Source: a virus
Lineage: Duplodnaviria > Caudoviricetes
Virus record (IMG/VR): IMGVR_UViG_3300009095_000046
Coordinates: 1 to 31,117 of that record
DNA: 31,117 bases
Reading direction: 5' to 3' (one strand)
Both the position numbers and the translations under genes were made by a program. The notes beneath the pieces are model-generated. The model did no database searches. It was not told the DNA's origin and saw only the letters and a list, made by a program, of their open reading frames with translations. Of this stretch, positions 25,372-31,117 are shown in pieces (the first letter of the stretch is position 1; the number at the start of each line of letters is the position of its first letter).

Positions 25372-26241
25372 ATGTCATTAGACTTATCGCAAATTGAGAT
25401 ACAAGAATTCTTATCCGAAGCACACGCTGAATTCCAATCAGAAGGTTTTCTGTTGCAAGGTGCTGTCCGAACCAAATCCGGTACTAAGGGTGAAATAGTT
25501 CACTTCCCAGTATTCGGTGAAGGCATGGCCAACCAAAAAGCACCACAGGATGACATCACGCCTATGAACGTGAGTAACCGTGATGCGCAAGCAATCATTG
25601 AAGACTGGTATGCCTCTGAATATGCTGACCGCTCTTTCATCAACAAACTAGCCGTTAATGCCGTTGAAGAATATTCCAAGTTATGTGCTTGGGCTATCGG
25701 ACGACGTGCTGACCAAATCAACATTGACACCATTGCCGGAGCTATCTATTCAGCAACTCCAACAGCAACTCAAGGTGCTTTAATTCCTGTTGGTACAACT
25801 GGATTCACTTTCGACAAAATGAAAGCCGCTCACAGATGGTTACGCCAACGTTCCGCAAGCCGTGGAAAAATGACCTTCATAATCGATGCGATTGCAGAAG
25901 AGCAATTGCTTGATGCATTCCAGTTAACAAACTCTTTGTACGTTAACGAGAAAGTATTAAGTAATGATGGCTTGAATAATTTCTCAGTCATGGGAATGCA
26001 ATTTATCGTTATCCCACAAATGAATGAGGGTGGATTACCTACCACTACAGGCGGCACAGTAGGCCGTGCATTCTTGATTAACGAAATGGCCGTTGGTTAC
26101 GCTCAGAACGAAAAACTAGGCGGTGATATTTCTTGGGAAAACATCAAGACTTCATACTTAATCAATATGTGGATGGAAGCCGGGGCGGTTGTTATTGACC
26201 CTAAAGGCTTGGTTGAAGTTGACTACTTATTAGCACCTTAA
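25372..26241 (+). CDS. Major capsid protein (HK97 fold)
   Basis: 289 aa with F..E....FQ, V.FP..G, A.A.GR..DQ..ID and G.V.ID..G.VEV motifs; follows the scaffold. Confidence 0.93.
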   Translation: MSLDLSQIEIQEFLSEAHAEFQSEGFLLQGAVRTKSGTKGEIVHFPVFGEGMANQKAPQDDITPMNVSNRDAQAIIEDWYASEYADRSFINKLAVNAVEEYSKLCAWAIGRRADQINIDTIAGAIYSATPTATQGALIPVGTTGFTFDKMKAAHRWLRQRSASRGKMTFIIDAIAEEQLLDAFQLTNSLYVNEKVLSNDGLNNFSVMGMQFIVIPQMNEGGLPTTTGGTVGRAFLINEMAVGYAQNEKLGGDISWENIKTSYLINMWMEAGAVVIDPKGLVEVDYLLAP

Positions 26242-26269
26242 TAACTAACTCTAAACAGGAGAATTTAAC

Positions 26270-27109
26270 ATGGCTTTTGGAATTGATTACATGGGTAGAG
26301 TTAGCTCAGGTGCTAACAACCAAACCCAAAAAGTATGGATATACAACGGTACTGCAACTGGTGCGGATGACACCGTAGCAGAAATTGCGGCCAGTGGTTA
26401 TTTCAATAACTTCATGGTCAACCTAACTTTAGGACTTGGCCCACTGTCGATTGGTGATATTATCTTTGTAAACGGTAGTGATGGCTCTGGGATGTATCAA
26501 GTTGACGCAATTACAACCAACGTGACCGTTGCAGCATATGAACCAACTGGAATTGTGGATACAGCTAACCTTGCTGATGGTGCAGTGACAGCCGCAAAAC
26601 TAGCAACCGATGCAGTAACAACCGTTAAGATTCTTGACGCAAACGTTACCACTGCAAAGATTGCTGACGATGCCGTGACCAGTGCCAAGTTAAGCCCACT
26701 AACCGTTCAATATGCAGCTGTGCCAATCACAGCCGCAGAATTTAACGGCATGTATGCAGCACCAAAATTATTGGTTGCCGCTGGCGGCGCTGATACTTTG
26801 CTAGTTTTGGATAGAGTATTACTGGCTATGACCTACGATTCAGCAGCGTTTGCCGCTGGTGGCGTGGCTCACGTTCAGTACGATGACACTGCAAACGGTG
26901 CTGGTGTTATTGCCTCAACCACACTTGCAGCCGCATCCTTCCAAGACACTGCAAGCACTGTATACAGCTTTAATGCGGGCGTTGTTGAATACCCATTCGC
27001 AACTTGCGTAAACCAAGGCTTGTACTTATCCAACATCACTGGTGCATTTACGACGGGTGATTCTGACTTCGTCGCGCATGTATGGTACAAGGTTATACCA
27101 ACTGTATAA
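26270..27109 (+). CDS. Capsid decoration/head fibre protein
   Basis: DT.AEI.ASGYFN decoration-like N-terminus and 10-aa repeats (AVTAAKLATD/AVTTVKILDA/NVTTAKIADD/AVTSAKL). AGGAG RBS; co-terminated with the capsid gene. Confidence 0.72.
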   Translation: MAFGIDYMGRVSSGANNQTQKVWIYNGTATGADDTVAEIAASGYFNNFMVNLTLGLGPLSIGDIIFVNGSDGSGMYQVDAITTNVTVAAYEPTGIVDTANLADGAVTAAKLATDAVTTVKILDANVTTAKIADDAVTSAKLSPLTVQYAAVPITAAEFNGMYAAPKLLVAAGGADTLLVLDRVLLAMTYDSAAFAAGGVAHVQYDDTANGAGVIASTTLAAASFQDTASTVYSFNAGVVEYPFATCVNQGLYLSNITGAFTTGDSDFVAHVWYKVIPTV

Positions 27110-27127
27110 GCATGTTGCAATTTTATC

Positions 27128-27149
27128 AACGGGGGTTCGCCCCCGTTTT
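27128..27149 (+). terminator. Rho-independent terminator
   Basis: AACGGGGG-TTCG-CCCCCGTT followed by T residues, after the head genes. Confidence 0.88.
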
Positions 27150-27164
27150 ATTGTGGAGTAGCTT

Positions 27165-27773
27165 ATGACAATTGAACTTGAATCCTATCCCAACACTGAA
27201 ATTGAAATCATCTCAGGAGCAATTGCCCTTGTTGGTAAACAACAATCAGTCAACACGGTTGATGGGGGTGGTGCTTTAGCTACGAGCGCACAAAAACTTT
27301 ACGGAAGTCTTGTGGGTGCTGAACTCGGTTCTAACCGATGGCGTTTTGCCCAACAGTTTAAACAAATAAGCGTGTTAACAACACTCGACCCCAATTTTGA
27401 TGGGTGGCTTTATGAATGCCAAATCCCAGCCGATTGCATTATGGTGCAATACGTTTACCCAAACATTGATTACATTGTCTTTGGCGACAAGATTCTAACC
27501 AGAAACAACCAACAATTTACCGTGATTTATAGCCGTGTTGTTCCCGTTTCCAAATGGCCGCCCCCATTCTCTATGTACATTATGTACCACTTGGCCGCTA
27601 TGCTGGGTATGTCAATCACAAACTCAGACCGAATGCTTGCACGAATTGCTAAAGGCATGGAAACTTGGGAATCAAGAGCCTTGTTTGCTGATGCTCAAAG
27701 CTCAACCACGCAGCCATTTAGATACAATCCTTACGTTGTTGCCCGTTACCGCTATAAAACAAGAGGGTATTAA
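27165..27773 (+). CDS. Tail tubular protein A (adaptor)
   Basis: EI...A..L.G, WRFA, Y..QIPADC and WPP.F motifs; position after the head genes. Confidence 0.85.
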   Translation: MTIELESYPNTEIEIISGAIALVGKQQSVNTVDGGGALATSAQKLYGSLVGAELGSNRWRFAQQFKQISVLTTLDPNFDGWLYECQIPADCIMVQYVYPNIDYIVFGDKILTRNNQQFTVIYSRVVPVSKWPPPFSMYIMYHLAAMLGMSITNSDRMLARIAKGMETWESRALFADAQSSTTQPFRYNPYVVARYRYKTRGY

Positions 27774-27775
27774 GC

Positions 27776-30226
27776 ATGACGATTCGCTCAATAAGTAATA
27801 CGTTTAACCGCGGAGAATTAGACCCAACTCTGTTTGCCCGTGATGATTTAGACATTTACGACAAAGGCGCACGCAGACTTAGAAACATGATTGCGCTATG
27901 GACAGGGGCAGCAACGATTGCCGCAGGAACAAAGTATATTGATGTGGTAGTTGACCGAGAGAATGCCAACGCACCAATCACTGATTATTTATTTATTAAA
28001 GGCTTTGATTTTACCTACGATGCCGATGCAGAAATTACCTATACCATATTAATTAGAAAGTCTGGCACGAATATTGCATTTGATATTTATTATGATGATG
28101 CGCTAGTGGCAACCGTTACAAGTACGGCCTATCTTGCCGCAGACATTCAAACAATTCACGTTGCAGCAGCCCATGACCGGGTTTTAATCTTGCAAGAGAA
28201 CACCCAAATCAGACAGTTAAAGCGTGGCGCAAGCCATGCCTCTTGGAGCTTAACAACTTTTAGCCCAAGGGTTTACCCAACCTATGACTTTTCAGTGATT
28301 GGTGAGGCAACCAATTATCAGAGCTTCACATTTACGCTTGGTGCTACTACCGGGGTGATTACTATAACGTCATCATCACCTGTATTCACAGCAAATCATG
28401 TGGGGGGATTATTCAGAAGTTTAGGGGGCACTGCTAGGATTACCGCAGTTACAAGCAATGTTTTAGCTGGCGCAACAGTTTTAGATCCCTTTACGTCAAC
28501 CACATGCCCCGGCAACGTTTCAAACCTTGCTGAAAAACTTTGGAATTCTGACGTAACCACATTACCCGTGAGTGCAAATAGAGGATGGCCAGCAAGAGGG
28601 GTATTCTATTTAAATCGCTTGGTGTTAGGACGAAGCCTTGCTGTTAAAAACCTTTGCAACCTTTCTACAGCAGGGGTTTATGATAACTTTGATGACTCAG
28701 ACCTTGATGGCACAGTAGCCTTTAGCGTGACCTTTAACGGCAAAGGCGAGCAGTCCATTCAATCCATTGTTGCCGATGACTCCATTTTATTTACTACAGC
28801 CAACAAGCTCTTTGCTCAAAGCCCCTTGGTTGAGTCACCACTTACGATTAATAACGTGTACTTTGCGCCTCAGTCTCAAAGCCCAGCATCAAGCATTGAT
28901 GCGGCTAGCATTGATAATCAAACGCTTTTTGTTTCATCTAATAGAACAAAAGTCATGCAAGCAATGTATTCAACAAGTGACGGAAAATATTTATCGTTCC
29001 CAGCAACCATGCTTTCAAACTCTTTAGTGGATTACATAAACAGCAATGCCACATGGGAACCAGCCGGAATTTCTTCAAGACTTTATTTAGCGACTCAAGA
29101 CAATGGAAGCATGTTGATGTACTCAACGCTTCAAAGTCAAAACGTATCCGCTTGGAGCTTGAGAACAACAGTAGGTAAGTTTAGACAGGTGATTGGCGAA
29201 GGGCGACAGTCTCATGTTTTGGTTGAGCGAGAAATCAATATTGGCGCATCCTATGACGAGCCTTTAGATTGGGTGTATTTAAGTGACCCAACATTTAAAG
29301 CTCGTTACGATGTAACCGAATATTTTGCTACAGCACCCGGCGTTTCAGCAATTGGCGTGCTTGAAAACACGGGCGACTATATTCTTATGGGCAATCAATC
29401 GCCATTTACTGGCATAGATATTGCATTTAATACGGGCGCAAGTGCTGATTGCGGCCTGTTGTTTCAGTATTTAGATGCAAACGGATTTTGGGATACATTC
29501 ACACCAACTGATGGAACAAGCGGATTTACAGTCGATGGCGCAATTACTTGGACTTTTGATAATGTTTTGAATTGGGCACCTTATGATATTGGCTCGGTTG
29601 AAACGCATTACTGGATTAGAATACAACGATTAAATGACGTGGACACTTCCCCCGTTGTAGGGCAGGCTCAAATCAATACCAGCAAGCGCATTTACTTAGA
29701 GCGAAACGATTTTGATTTATATACTGACTCAACATCATTAAAGACTTCCGATAATACTGGACTGGTCACAGGCTTACAGCATCTTGCAGGCCAACAAGTC
29801 TATGCCATAACGGATGGCGCAACAATTGGATCATCATTCGTTGATGCAAGCGGAAACACCATCATTAAAAATGCAAACGTGGATGCACTGATTGGTATGC
29901 AGTACAGACCCGAATTAATCCCAATGCCTTTATATGCCCCTACACAAATGGGCGACTCGCTTTATGCCGAGAAATACGTTCAAGATTTATATATTGATTA
30001 TGTGGAGTCTCTGTATCTAAGAGCAGGGTTTAGACCACAATTAAATGATATTCCAAATATGAATTTAGGTGCTTATACACTTGGGCAATCTGTACCCCCT
30101 CAAACTGGAATCTATAGAATAGTTCCACAAGGAGATTGGGAACCACGCCAAGAGTTTGTTATAACACAATCGCAGCCCGGCCCGATGACAATTATTGGCG
30201 TTGGATACAATGTGGAGGTAGCTTAA
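27776..30226 (+). CDS. Tail tubular protein B (nozzle)
   Basis: NTFNRGELDP.L.AR.D...Y, GWP...FY.NRL, V.AWS and GL.HL.GQ.V motifs; 816 aa. Confidence 0.9.
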   Translation: MTIRSISNTFNRGELDPTLFARDDLDIYDKGARRLRNMIALWTGAATIAAGTKYIDVVVDRENANAPITDYLFIKGFDFTYDADAEITYTILIRKSGTNIAFDIYYDDALVATVTSTAYLAADIQTIHVAAAHDRVLILQENTQIRQLKRGASHASWSLTTFSPRVYPTYDFSVIGEATNYQSFTFTLGATTGVITITSSSPVFTANHVGGLFRSLGGTARITAVTSNVLAGATVLDPFTSTTCPGNVSNLAEKLWNSDVTTLPVSANRGWPARGVFYLNRLVLGRSLAVKNLCNLSTAGVYDNFDDSDLDGTVAFSVTFNGKGEQSIQSIVADDSILFTTANKLFAQSPLVESPLTINNVYFAPQSQSPASSIDAASIDNQTLFVSSNRTKVMQAMYSTSDGKYLSFPATMLSNSLVDYINSNATWEPAGISSRLYLATQDNGSMLMYSTLQSQNVSAWSLRTTVGKFRQVIGEGRQSHVLVEREINIGASYDEPLDWVYLSDPTFKARYDVTEYFATAPGVSAIGVLENTGDYILMGNQSPFTGIDIAFNTGASADCGLLFQYLDANGFWDTFTPTDGTSGFTVDGAITWTFDNVLNWAPYDIGSVETHYWIRIQRLNDVDTSPVVGQAQINTSKRIYLERNDFDLYTDSTSLKTSDNTGLVTGLQHLAGQQVYAITDGATIGSSFVDASGNTIIKNANVDALIGMQYRPELIPMPLYAPTQMGDSLYAEKYVQDLYIDYVESLYLRAGFRPQLNDIPNMNLGAYTLGQSVPPQTGIYRIVPQGDWEPRQEFVITQSQPGPMTIIGVGYNVEVA

Positions 30227-30730
30227 ATGTCAGGAGCAGCAGGACAAGCCGCAGGATTGGCGGTAGGTGCAGCGGTTGGATCGGTTATAGCACCCGGTGT
30301 TGGTACGCTTGCAGGCGCATCAATTGGTGGAAGCCTTGGCGGTTTTTATGATTCCTATACCGCATCAGGAACACAGCACAAGATTGATACCGCAGCGATT
30401 AAATTAAATCAGGCGCAATACCACGCTAAAGCCGCAGAGGCCGCAGCAACCCATGCCGCAAACTTTAGACAAGCTCTAGCAAGTCAGGTAGCTATATCAT
30501 CAATGCGTGGTGGTAGTGGTTCCCTTGCCGTACAGTTTGGAAACCAAGCCTATCAAACCTTTGCGCAAGACCAAAAAGCCATTGAAGCAGGGGTTAAGGT
30601 TGCCGATGTTCAATCCCAATTGAGCGAAGCCGATGCTACCGCCAGACGTGACGCTACCAGACTTGCTGCAGGAAGCAGGGTTTTAAGTGCTTTAGATTCC
30701 ATTAATCTAAGCGCACCAAGGAGTAAATAA
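30227..30730 (+). CDS. Small internal virion/ejection protein (gp14-like position)
   Basis: Gly/Ala-rich hydrophobic N-terminus and helical body. GGAGG RBS. Confidence 0.7.
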   Translation: MSGAAGQAAGLAVGAAVGSVIAPGVGTLAGASIGGSLGGFYDSYTASGTQHKIDTAAIKLNQAQYHAKAAEAAATHAANFRQALASQVAISSMRGGSGSLAVQFGNQAYQTFAQDQKAIEAGVKVADVQSQLSEADATARRDATRLAAGSRVLSALDSINLSAPRSK

Positions 30731-30731
30731 G

Positions 30732-31117
30732 ATGGCAATTAACCAACAACCCATGCAAAGGCAAGTAGCTACTCAAGGCTCAAACGTAAGCACAGGCCAA
30801 GGGTTAACAAGCCTTGCCAGCGCAACCAGCGCATTAAGCCAAATCATTACTGAGAAGGTCAACGAAGTTGCTATTGAGCAAGCAGGGATTCAAGGCCAAA
30901 CGGATGTACTAGATAACAAAGCCCCTGAGAAGCTCGCATTGCCATTTACTAAAGCAACCAAGGCTTACAACAATGCGGTAGCCAATACAGAAGCAAGACG
31001 ACAAGCGATATCCGCATCAGAGTTAATTGAAGAGTCGCTCGCTAACAATACCAATCCAGCAACCTTTGATTCAAGCTCACCAGCCAAACTAAAAGCCGAG
31101 CTTCAAGGAATTAGAGA
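30732..31117 (+). CDS. N-terminal part of an internal virion protein, runs off the window end
   Basis: Read manually: AAGGAG RBS, MAINQQPMQRQVATQG..., 128 codons with no stop. Confidence 0.75.
   Translation, partial: MAINQQPMQRQVATQGSNVSTGQGLTSLASATSALSQIITEKVNEVAIEQAGIQGQTDVLDNKAPEKLALPFTKATKAYNNAVANTEARRQAISASELIEESLANNTNPATFDSSSPAKLKAELQGIR

Noticed and set aside
26200-26270. Programmed frameshift extending the capsid protein
   Set aside because: No slippery heptamer near the stop; the next gene has its own AGGAG RBS.
1-31117. Alternative genetic code
   Set aside because: Core genes are full length under the standard code, and TAA, TAG and TGA all end genes at tight junctions.

Overview
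A near-complete genome of a small (~31 kb) tailed dsDNA phage with a podovirus-type (T7/BPP-1/epsilon15-like) virion module. That module comprises portal, Bbp19-like protein, scaffold, major capsid, decoration protein, tail tubular proteins A and B, three ejection proteins and a tail fibre. The two contig ends appear to fall inside one ejection-protein gene. There is no phage RNA/DNA polymerase, helicase or primase. Instead the early region is lambdoid-like: a Cro-like regulator, an HTH replication initiator with internal iterons, and RecE/RecT. No integrase, CI repressor, Par system or spanin is recognisable. The terminase genes are split, convergent and far from the portal. Most notable observations: (1) a palindromic operator TGTCAA-N4-TTGACA over the -35 boxes of three promoter regions, suggesting a CI-less single-regulator circuit; (2) a candidate episome-maintenance set made of an antisense promoter and leader peptide before rep, DnaA boxes, a weak dif-like site and an Ibs-like 21-aa peptide; (3) an Acb2-like nucleotide-sponge gene with its own promoter and structured leader; (4) a duplicated structured RNA motif in the capsid 5' UTR; (5) a prepilin-like protein in the holin position. 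All protein calls come from motif recognition and synteny by eye; no database search was run. A Legionellales-like host is only a hypothesis.
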